In this document: positions 48,534 through 60,600 of the stretch, in pieces
How the letters are laid out: the number at the start of each line of letters is the position of its first letter
Numbering within the stretch: the first letter of the stretch is position 1
Assembly: GCF_964204645.1 (NCBI RefSeq)
Contig: NC_134033.1
Coordinates: 4,612,231 to 4,676,230 of the forward strand
Direction of reading: 5' to 3'
DNA length: 64,000 nt
Source: Tubulanus polymorphus
Taxonomy: Eukaryota; Animalia; Nemertea
Program-made: the position numbers and the translations under genes
Notes under the pieces: generated by a model
Databases searched by the model: none
Seen by the model: only the letters and a program-made list of their open reading frames with translations
Told to the model about the DNA's origin: nothing

Positions 48534-49569
48534 TATTTCTGAAGGATGGTCTGGGGGGCTCCCCTGGAAAAATTTTGATTATTCAATCGCCGGAGATGCG
48601 TTTTGGGGGCATTTCACGGTCTCATTCACAGAAGCAAGAGAAGTCGTGAGCCAACCACCTAGTACGTTGAACGACGAGCTGCTACGCGGTACAGCGTGCT
48701 TTTGAAAAAAATTTTGTTAAGCAAAAAAGTAGGGCGGCTTTGGCCGCCCCTGCCGCCCCTGTTCCGACGGCCCTGTTAAAATAATTATTGCAAGTAAATG
48801 AACTCGTTAACTGTGGGTTTTGCTCATTAACTCTGAAATGCTGAGATCAATATAAATCTATACCAGTTATTTTGATATAAGCCTTAGATCAGTTTATAAA
48901 CCAACCACCAATGATTATGGAAACTCATACAATATCAATTTCCGATGCAAAAGTTTAAGATCTGTATTATGAACCGACGCCCCTCCCCCTAATCAGAATC
49001 GCCTTCTGTTCAAACACAATTCCGCGTTCACAAAGTTGACTAGAATATTTCTACAGTAAATTATAGATATATGAATAATATTTACCTCTTGATCTCAAAG
49101 ACGATTGTAAAGAAGAGTGTACAGGTTCAGCACAGACACTAAACTCTTAAAGTCTAATTATTGCTGATACAGAGAACCAAACTAATCACCTCGGAATATT
49201 TATCACATATGCACCGCGATGATGCGTATGAATTGTTTTTCATTCTAGTTCGTGTTAAAAACATTTCATATGAAGCATTCTATTGGCCAACATTCATCAT
49301 CCGTTTAGATTACCAAATAAGGTAATAAATACCATCATCGTCAACCCGGGCGATAAATTATCATAATCATTGTGACCATATCCAATCATTTTTTAGTTTA
49401 GTTGAAATAACCAAATGAGGTAATAAATACCATCATCCACAGCCCGGATCAATTGATATGTATGGACCCGAGCTTTGAAGTATGACAAATGAAGAACATA
49501 AAATAGAGTTTAATTGAAGAAGTCCCACAATTCGAATTTTAAATGATATAATTAATCAAAACGAATTCG

Positions 49570-51030
49570 GATTGTTCTTCTGGAAATTGGTCAACCTTAA
49601 AAATCCCGCTAACAAATAGTCTCCAAGCATCAACATGGATGAGTGGTACAATCATTTCAAGTCACTTAGTTCTCCTGACATTAAGGCTGGATCTACGTCG
49701 TCTTGTCTCAAAGAATACCTTAAACATCTTGAAGAAAGACCATCAACATTCGATTATCTGGATTTAAAAATTACAGAGGATGAAATTTTACGAGCTTCGA
49801 GAAAACTGAAACCTAATAAAGCATCTGGTTTGGATTCTATTTTGAATGAATTTTAATGCCATATTAACTTTTGGAAAATATCCGGAGGAATGGCTGAGAG
49901 GGATTATAATTCCGCTATTTAAAAAGGGTAATAAAGACGATGTGTCTTGTTATAGAGGTATAACTATAACAAGTAATCTAAGTAAACTTTTTTGTATCAT
50001 TTTGAAAGATCGTCTGACATCCTATGTAAAAGATAATGGTATCCTTTCGGTGAACCATATAGGTTTTCAAAAAAATCCAGAACTTCAGATCACCCTTTAC
50101 CCTAAAGCATTTGATTGATAAAAATACCCAGAAACGTAAACAGAAATTTTTGTGCATTTATTGATTTCCGGCGTACTTTGATAGCGTTATTCACGATGCT
50201 CTTATGATTAAATTGATGAAATGTGGTATAAGTGGTCGTTTTTATGATGTAATCAAAGATGCGAGTGCGATAAAGGTTTCTCAAGAATTTCCTGTTGAAT
50301 TGGTGTTCACCAAGGCAATATTTTAACTCCTTTACTTTTTAACATATTTATAAATGATATAAACCAGCTTTTCGTGGACTGTGACGTTCCTGTTTTATAT
50401 GATCATATTGTACCCTGTCTCACGTATGCCGATGATCTTATTTTAATTTCCCACTCGAGCAAAGGCCTAACAAAGTCTTTTGCTAAACTTGAGCTTTACT
50501 GTAAATTCTGGGGGCTGGAAGTAAATATCCCTAAATCGTGTGTTGTTGAATTTAACAAAGCAGGTAAATTAGACTGCACAAATAGCTACATTTTTAATGA
50601 TGATGTCATAGATTGTGTTAGAAGTTGCAATTATCTGGATGTCAACATCCATTGTAATGGCAAATTTAATCTGCTACAAGATTTACTGTTGAGTAAGGGT
50701 TTAAGAGGGCTTTTCAATCTAGATAAATTCCTGGGTTCAAGGATTCATGTATTGTACAACAACTACAGCTTTTTAATTGTTTGCTCAAACCAATAGTTAT
50801 GTATGGTAGTGAAGTTTGGGGAGTGTTGCCCTATGTGTCATTTCTAAAGAAGTCAAATGGGTCACTCACGGATATGGGTTTACCATATAACAAATGGGTA
50901 GTTCAAAAGCTGCGGTCAAGATTTTTCAGGTTCATGATGGGGCTCCAATTTCACCAATTTTTGGTGATTTGGGAGTGGTTCCACTTTATATTGATATTAC
51001 TATGTCAGCTTTGAAGTACTGGATGTAAGT
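49570..51030 (+). pseudogene. Degenerate non-LTR (LINE) reverse transcriptase fragment
   Basis: KASGLDSI, W..GIIIPLFKKG...YRGIT, FIDF, GVHQG..L.PLLFN, YADDL, KPIVMYGSEVWG across several frames. Confidence 0.85.
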
Positions 51031-54000
51031 TTTGTCGTCGGATTAATTGATGTACTTGTCCTTTTTATATATCATATAGGTGATGGATAGGGTTGATGCC
51101 AAATGTACTTAAATTGCATCTCAGAGCCTTAAAAATTCAAAATACGAACAACCTCCTCAACGGGCCATGGCATGTATGGTGAAAATGTCTCAAAAGGACA
51201 CAAAAGGATGTATTACATTTGTACAATTGGGTAATAATGTGTCTCATGTGGTCATTGAATATGACGAAATTTTGTGAAAAACCGATTCGATAGGCATATG
51301 ACCTCTCTTCAGGCACAACTAGGATTGATTAACCGTAATTTCGTTCTGAACAACACCAGACAATATAAAAGGCATTGATTAGTAGTAAATTACAACGACA
51401 AATAAGCGTTATCTGACTGAAAATAAATTATTAGTCTAGGAATGAAGTCTCTGGTTACTATTTTGCGATGATCCGAGAATACAACTGACATTCAGTCTCC
51501 AGATTTAGAAATATACCAAAATTACATCATTCGCCCAGATTGTCAAAACTTATAGATGATAGTAAAATAAAACAGCAAAATCACAATAAACAAAATCTGG
51601 AGTAACACTTTATAGATCTACGCGCCATATAAAAGGCATATCGACAGGCATTCAATAAAGGCGGGGCAAGCTAACTTTAACTTTAACGGTGAATATCACG
51701 TAATTACACATCAAGAACAGGAAAATTTACCAAAATACTTCTTCATTTATCTACACAGTGAATACGGAGTAGAATGTTTAATTCGATTACTCACGTTGTT
51801 ATTTGTTAGTTGTTAGTTCTGTCTCTTTCTCTATCTCTCTCTAGTTACATTTATTCTCTTCCTGTAGACCGTCTCTTAACGTTCAGTTATAGGCGTCAAC
51901 AACGAGCTGCAACAGCCTCAGAGTATCAGATGTTACCGTTTTACACGCATGCGCACAGTAAGTGTTGCACGTCCACAGCTTGTTATTGGATAATAACAAT
52001 CATTCGATGTTGCGCAACCCCGTAATCTGTGCCCAATGGGAGAACTCTTGATTATAACCGCAGTACTCAAGTATTCCTTAACTAAATCCTCAACTCATCT
52101 TTAACTGTTTCGAAAGTAAGCTTCTATTGGTTACTATAGGTCGATGTGCTGCTCCCACAAACATCGTGTGATTATATTGCGAATATATCATCAAAAAGGT
52201 GTTTAGAGTTAATTGCAAGTGTTTTGAATGAATTAATAACTTATAAGAGACTTTTCTGACTTTACCTTTCTCGTTTTATTGTGGGATTTTTGATACATAG
52301 TCTCAGCAGCAGTGGTTGTTATGTTCACGATGATTCATCAGCTAGAGGTCTGTGTATACATAATACTGTGTTTACATATATCTATTTTCACAATTATTGC
52401 GCGCTTCCTTGTTGACTCCGATCTTATCTATATCTAAGAAACCCTCATAAACGCTACAAATGCTCGTACTTGATAAAAAAAAGTTTAGCCACAAATGACT
52501 ATTATTTTGAATTCATGCTTACTCATTAAAATTAACGATCTTAAAGTTTAATTTTTTAGATTAATTTTTGGAATTTCTGTTTACAGTTTGGATACAATTC
52601 GACCAAAGTATACATTTGCTAAAAATTACCAGTTTTTTGTGATGCCCTACATAAAGATTGAATGTACATGAAGACAGCGCACTGCGTCAGTAGCGTGGGG
52701 TTGCAGTGACCTATAGCCGTCTGCTGCACTACTTTCATTATAATTTCGACTGGCTAATTCTAACATCGCTTTGTCTCGTTACAGTAACATTCGAAAAACA
52801 ATGTATTGTTTAGTTCAAAATGATTACTTGACTTGTTCAATCTATATCTTCCTCGACACAGCGATGTGGGGAAAATCAGAAGTAATGCTTTACAGTAAAA
52901 ATCAGATCATATCCTGTAACTAAATACTGCGACCACCCGTAATATTAGCAATGAACCGTTTACTCTATAGAAGCTCATTCGCATTGTTAATATAATACAG
53001 CATTTAGTTGAAAAATTAAAAGATCCAATTATATAGAGTTGAAAAGGAAGAGTTGTGTTTTTTTGAAATAGTAGTCGTGTTTCTTAAGACGAACCAGCCG
53101 GATCGTAAGATCACACACAGATTGTTTCAAATGGTTCATTAAGCAACAAGAGAAATCCCGCTATAGATTCGGCCAAAAATAAAAAGCTCTATTTATTTCG
53201 ACTATTAGCCATCGTCGGGTGTACTGACGATTCAATAAGTAAAGTCTATCTCTACTGGTAAAAATACGTTTCAAGTTGCAAGTTGTTTTTAACGAAAACA
53301 ACAGAAATTGATAAACGCGCTATTGAAATTCCCCCGGCACATAAGGTTGTCACGATAGCTGGGGACGATCGTTTAAAAAAATTATCAGCTGAATCTATTT
53401 TGTCAATATTGTTGTGCTTTACTGATACAAGTTTGTTTTAGAGACAGAATTAGGATAAGCATTGCTATTGAAAGTATATTCGGTAACTATAAGCCTGCAT
53501 CAGGTTGAGTAAGAAATATCAGAATCTTCAGTGTTGAAAACTCCGAGTATATCACGTGGTTTATTTCAGGAATTTTAATATCGGGCGCAGTTTATATGAT
53601 ATTATAGAGGAGTAGAGGGATGTATATATATTTCGTGTGAAAACTCGCATCAAAAATTAGATAGTAACGAAACCTATAAAACATGTTATTACAGCTTACA
53701 ATATTTGTTCCTACCTTACAGATTCTACGACTCCTATATGTGTGTATTAATCCAGTGAGGATCCTTAAAGTCAATTTGAATCCATGCGTTCTACATAAAA
53801 GTTAGGTTTCTGAAGACAATCGTGAATAAGTTTGAGTTGATTTAATCGATTATCAGTGATTGGATGCATAATCGGTCAATCATCATTGTCGATTGGATAA
53901 AATAGTGCATTATAAGCATATCTAATCGACAGTGAAACTGGATGATGGCGGTTTTGATGTGACCCGCGCGCGCGTAACGTAGACATTTGTATTTTATTGT

Positions 54001-55549
54001 ACGAGAACAATAGACAATTACATTTGATACATTTTACTATAAATCATCATCTTCTTTAAATTATAAACTCAACGCAGGAGAAACTGAAACTAATCTCGCA
54101 CTTTTTAATTCTAGGCTGTTGTTTTTTTGTTGATAATTATCAAATTATTTTGTATGTCGAACGGAAGAACGCCAAACGCATGCGCAACGCTTACGAACAA
54201 AGTTCCCGTGGCAGATCACGTGTTTATGAGGAGAGAATGAGTCACTGGACCTCACAACCTGTCGTATCATCAACCCCCTAGTAAAGTGTCTTACCTACAG
54301 CGCCTCCTAGTGGAGGAGAATATCCATCATATTACGTAATGATCATCCGCCATCTTATGAGGAAGCCATGAGTAGCACGTGATCTCTTCAAACTTGAAAG
54401 AAGTGAATTAAATCATAGTTCAAACTTGTGTTAAGTCATTTCATTTGGATAAGTCGTTATATTTACATTGAAGAAGTCATCTCTATTTCTGAGTCCCAAT
54501 TTGAAAGCCTATTTCTAATTCAATTCATTTGAAGTCGTCATTTGGTTGAGTTTATCGTCACAATTATAACGACTTCAACAGTGAATTTTAAAACTTTTTA
54601 ATTCATTAATTCAATCTTATTGACAACGAGAGAGTTGTGAAATTGGAGGAACTGACTCCGCGAAATTACAATAGACAGAGACCTACCTACCTAGAGTCGC
54701 CGTGACAAAAATAAAACAGCACTAAATGGCTTCAAAATGATGACTGATGTTCACTGGTACGAAAACGACCGCTCCTATTACGATATTATATAACATTGAG
54801 AGGAGACCTCAAAATAACAAGAAACGAGTGATTTGAATCAACCATTAAAAAACCGCATCTTCTTAAAATATACCCGAGGAATATCGACAGCAAAACAAAC
54901 AGCGCGCACCCAAAATCAGCTCAAATATCAAAAAAATCATTCAACCAAATAAACCAGAAACCCAGGTACCACAGGAATAGGGCCCGACCGGGTGGGGTGC
55001 GGTGGGCGCTGCCTGAACCTGAAACCAGTTGTACGTAAGAAAAGAAGTAGTACTTTATAAGAAGTAGAGTTCAGTACTGTTCAACTCTTCATCTTACTCA
55101 AATCACACTTAACTCACAAACTGTCAAACATTTCCAGTCCAGTTCAATTGTAAATAAATGCAACTTTTACTTTTAAAAAGTTTCACTCGAAATTACAACT
55201 GTGATATCAACAGCTGAAATTATATTCTAATTCAAAGACCTATCAACTAACTATTCTAACCAAATCTATATATTCGGTCTACCCATTCAGGCTCGGGTTT
55301 GGGGGTAGGGAGGAGGATACTGAAATAGAGAGACATGTTATACAGGTCACACCGGAATTCTTCAGTCACTCTGTCATCATCATTCAACTTCAGGTTCAAT
55401 TTTCTGTGACTAGGGGGTCTTGCTCTTCTCACTGAAGTAGAACATACAGGCCGTACCTGAATCGGGCCACTCTGTTGTGTGCTGGGGGTTAAGACACGTA
55501 CTCGGTGGCCTAGTCTTCTGGGGTCTTGTCTCAGCGATGACTCTGAAAT

Positions 55550-56428
55550 TGTCATGTTTATTTCAAGTAAAATATTTACATAAAAGGCGTTGTCTTATAA
55601 AACAATGAATTTGAAAAATCGGAAATGCTGAAAAAATAAGAAAAAAAACTGAAAATAGAGAGAAACCCTGGAATAAAAGAAGCATGAAATACAGGATCCT
55701 GAAATAAAGATATAAGGCATAAGTAATAAACAAACTGCTATTTCTATATGTAGACCCAGAGACCCACAGGACCCTCACGTAAATAGCAACCTATTTACTA
55801 ATTAACGCATTTTATTTAAAATTGTATTAATATTCATGCATTTCTATAACTTACTAACTCACCGAGTAAGTTCCTAAACTAATTAAACCTACAAAACATA
55901 AATTCAGCTGTTAATGTTTTTCTCACTTACAGTTTATCCAATCCTGTGTGTGTAATGTATAAATCCAATGATAATCCTTGAGTCAATTTGAATCCTTGTG
56001 TTTTTGATAACAGTTTTTTAGCACAGTTTATATCAATCCGGAATAGGTTTGAGCGCGATTTCATTCCAAATAAATCCTGAACAAGAAAACAATTCAAATT
56101 CCATTTAATTTCCAGTAACAGCTAAGTTTTTGAGAACAGTTTATCTTAAACGGTTTATCTTAAATTCGTTTCAGCGCGATTCCATACATGTCCACAAGAG
56201 GTGTCTACTTTTTTACGGGAGACAGTTTGAGCACCTCTGTCCAGACTGGTAAACCATATACCATCGAGATAACCTCTAGGTGCGAACATATACAAGACAC
56301 CCAAATGTAATAATCTGTGCGAACGACAAGAATTGTCGAATACAATGAAGTTTCATATTTCATATTATCTAACTATCGGGGTCACTGGTCATAATCCATC
56401 TTCGCTCTATAAACTGCGCGGCTCTACA
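55550..56428 (-). mobile_element. Solo LTR, duplicated copy of 7166-8043
   Basis: Same termini and same TSD (GAAAT on the plus strand at 55545-55549 and 56429-56433). Confidence 0.7.
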
Positions 56429-57094
56429 GAAATCAAACCTTTCTGAACTGCATGAAATATTTATCAATATAGTACGAATCATATACTAGAAATATCTAAT
56501 AGCAATTGATTTGATTTGAAAATTTAATAATCAAATTTGATGATCCCGCTAACACCAGGTCGTGCTGACAAAACATTCTCATCTGTGATCGGACGCATAA
56601 TTAGTCATACTCGTCGATGATTTGCTAATTGGTACGAAATATACATAATGTAAACTGGATGAAACCGGTTTCGATGCGACCCGCGCGCCACGTGGGCATT
56701 TGACACATTTCACGTGACTTCTCTCATTTTCTACTGACGGTCATTGAATCTGTATCGGAATCTGTTCATTTCAGATATACAGTAAACCCCGAATCCTGGG
56801 TACAACAAAAATCATTTTCTGATTTCCTGATATATTTTACGACCTTTATCTCGGACGGCGCTTACCTCGGAGCGAAGAACTGATAAAAGAAGAAATGAAA
56901 TGCATATCAGTGTTGTTTATTGTTTCGTGAAATCGTTTTATTTTCAAATTCGTGATTTTATCGATTTCGTTGCGCGACACGTTCATTGAGAGCTGTGTTT
57001 ATGGACGGGTTAGAACTGGACGCGCGCCGGACAGACACATAGCTGATTTCAGCACAAACGATCGGTTTAATTGTGTTATACTATGTAACTTTAT

Positions 57095-57225
57095 TCAAAC
57101 ATCGTCAACCCGTTTTCTAGAAGACTAATTATAACTCCGAAATACATTATCGGTATTTGCTGCATTTGTTGGCTCGTTATGAGCACAGTTCCTATTCTAC
57201 CGCTGTCATCGTCGTCTTACTTGGT
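57095..57225 (+). pseudogene. 7TM (TM4) coding remnant upstream of the receptor gene
   Basis: High similarity to ~63140-63270 in the same orientation. Confidence 0.7.
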
Positions 57226-57667
57226 TGGTGTTGGTTCTGCGAAAAGTCAATAGCGAACAAGTCCATGCCCGCTACAACACGAAGTGTTTTATAGAATATT
57301 TTGAGGTATAGATAGAAAATGTCATCGAATATTATCAAAAACTGAACGAAGTTCGGGATCGACAGTAAATATATTTTTAGAGAAATAATTGCGCATGTTT
57401 ATAAACCCGATATATTGAAACACGTCTTAATTTAGAAACCGCGGTAGTTACAGCGAAACCGAGAACAGAAGATAGTTTCACAAATACGAGACTTGCGTCA
57501 GTTTGATGGGAGATCTTTTTAACAAAATAATTAGACTCTGATCCATTCGTCAACTTTTCATATTAGCAAATTCGTCATTACATTGCAGCTACTCTTTGAA
57601 ACAATGTCGTGAAAACTTTGGTAATAGTTAGAAATGTGTTTGTCTTGAAGCGTAAATTGTGTTCAAT

Positions 57668-60600
57668 ATGCAGCGAATGAAAGCGTTGTTCGTAGTTTTA
57701 CTGATCGCTTGCGGAGACTGTATATTTACGCGGGCTGATCGCACAAACTCTGTCGAGGAAGCCGCGTCTGTTACAGTCAGTTCATCTTGTAACAACACTC
57801 AATACTCCGTCGATTCTACGTCTGGTTACATCGTTTCACCGAATTATCCGTCGTTAGTGCGCGGTGTTGAATGTCGTTGTTTCGTCAACAGCTCTTTACC
57901 GGGAAGTTTTCTCGTTGAAGTTTACTACGACATCGAGCCGTCGATATTCTGTAACGAAAACTACCTTCTCGTCGGTGAGTCCGACAACAAACTCTGCGCT
58001 ACCGGAAGAAAACGACTAGATATCCGCAGTAACGATTTGATTTCGTTGTTGTTTAGGAGTAACGTCGATGGAGCGCGAGGTAGTCGGGTTTATATCATAT
58101 ATCGTTTTGAAGGACAGAGTCGTTTGAAAATCGAATGTAAATGCATTTATAACGGTGGAGTAAAGGAATTACCAACTCAAACAGGTCATGAATTCAGGAT
58201 TTCTACTGACCGATGTAAATTGTTGTTAGAATGGATCGGGATGCCAGACGGGTTTGCAATGAATTTAACGTTCATTCAGATAGTTTTCAGATTATATCCA
58301 GGTGACGATCCAATGAAAACTCGTCCTCAAATTTACGACGGATGGAACAGCACCAGTGAACCTATAGCTCTTATACGAGAACAAACCGGACATCCACCTT
58401 CATCGTTTTATACTAAAACTTATAAAGCACGTATTGAATTTATTTCAAGTAAACTGTCGTTTAAGTCGCAGTTACTCGTGCAAGTTTACAAAATATCAGA
58501 TTGGATCATCTCTAACCCGTTAATTCAAGTCTATAATAAATCAGGACTGCTCACTACAATTGATGGAATACCACATATAGTAACTAAGTCTAAACACTTA
58601 TACTGCTGGTCTATCACAGTTGATGTTCTGCAGTACGTCGTCTTCAACTGGACACGTGATCTCGTCTCGTCACCAGGTGTCGTTGGTGTATATAAACAGG
58701 AAGGGTTCCGTATTGTGAGAACTGATATTTTACTCAGTTTTAATCATCTTAAATCTCTGAGTGTAAAATCAGACGGATTTCTTGTGATTTTGTGCGTTTT
58801 GACGACATCGGATTTTTTAAGATCGAATTTGAAAATAGAATTCGAAGTGAAATCAATGACAATATCAGATGTCTACATCAACAAGCCAAGGACACGGGTA
58901 AGTTTATTACAGTGATTTGTAAATTTGGTTTTTCTAACATTGCATTTGACTGCAATACTTAATACCATTATCAATATCGTTATGTGTTTCAGGCAATAAA
59001 GATTATGAAATCATTGATAATTGCTCACATGTTCCCGAGATCAAAGAATACATTGTATCGTGTAACTACATTACAACTAAACTGGAAAGTGAACATCTAT
59101 GAATCACAACAGTTGAAACTAACAGTACTATCTGAAAACTGTGATCGAGCTGGTTTTTATATTTTTGATGGTAGTAATTTCACAGCTAGACGCCATGGTC
59201 CGTATTGTCCTGGTTCATTCTATGGTCGATCTGTCGTCAGCCTGATTACATCAGGTGGACCGGTTACTGTAGTAGCATACGCTTATTACTATAACAATCA
59301 GTTAACAGTTGGTGATCCCAGCAGGTCATCTATTAGATTAGCTCCTACTGATTGTGATGGTTATGTTCTACGCGGTGAAGAACGTCAGATCAATATGACG
59401 TTACACTCTCTCGTGATTACACCTGAAAATCGACGCCTTCGCTTGAAAAATATTCACATATTTTCAGAACACGAATATCAAATTGACCGATGTTTTATCA
59501 AGATGTCATTATTATGTGAACAGTTTCTGAGTTTGAGTAATCAGTTTCTTAATAACAGTCTCGTATTAAACACTGTAGATTTCACAGGCGATGAGTTTGG
59601 ATTCTGGCAGGAACCATTAATTGTTAAAGTACGTCGTAAATGTTTAGGAGTGAAAAAATCGGATAGTTTAGGATTTGTCGGTTCCCGTCTTCCAGTTACT
59701 ACTAAAGATAAATGTGGACTCGTGCAGTCACCGAACTACCCTGGTGATGCAGGACGTACATCGGAATCGATTTCATATGAATTTGAAAACCCGATAAAAC
59801 AAAATATATTTCAATATTACAGATTTATTGTCAAATCTATTGGATCAGTTTCATGCGACACAGACGGATTTGGTCGAAATGATCCGATCATTTTAATGCA
59901 GCGTATGATTGTCAACCTTTTCCTAAATGGAAAAATATCTATAATTATTAGTACCCAACACGAAACTAAAATATGTGAAAATAACGCGGTTCGTGGACTT
60001 ATATTTCATAGTTTAACAGATAATACTCTGCGTTTTGAAGTAAAGAATAAAATCCCCATCTTTCAAATACAATACACTTTACACGAGTCGTTACCGATTG
60101 AACATTTCGATGATTTCTACTGTAAACAAGGATTTCTGGATTCTGGAATTTCCTGCATCAAATTCATCAGAGATGAACGTCTGAATTGGGAGAACGCTGA
60201 AATATACTGCAGACAGAAGCACGCGGGACATCTACTCACTGTCAACTCAGAACAGGAAATGATTTCCATCAAAAGAGTATTCGCTACAGAACTTCTCCGA
60301 ATGGCGTACTCATTAAAAGCGCTGATAATGATGATTGGATTGAAATGGCAGGTAAGACAAATGTTTACAAATATATATTAGAGTAAGATTTTTAATGAAA
60401 AATGGTTTAACAATTTATCATTTTCTTCACGAAAAAGAATGACGGTTATTACACGTGGACTGACGGTAAACCAATGAGCTACACGGAGTGGTATAAACCT
60501 GTTATAAATGAAACGATACCAGAAGTTATTCGAGGATTGATATCTCCGCTAAGAAAACAACCGATAAATGACGTCAATATGCCGTGTACGGCGATGATAC

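Noticed and set aside
54110-54385. Possible exon ending NDHPPSYEEAMSST (PPxY motif)
   Set aside because: Upstream frames contain stops and no coherent gene model could be built.
53935-56700. ~50-bp diverged direct repeat (AAACTGGATGA...GACCCGCGCGC) at ~53935 and ~56652
   Set aside because: Too short to interpret; probably a relic of an older duplication.
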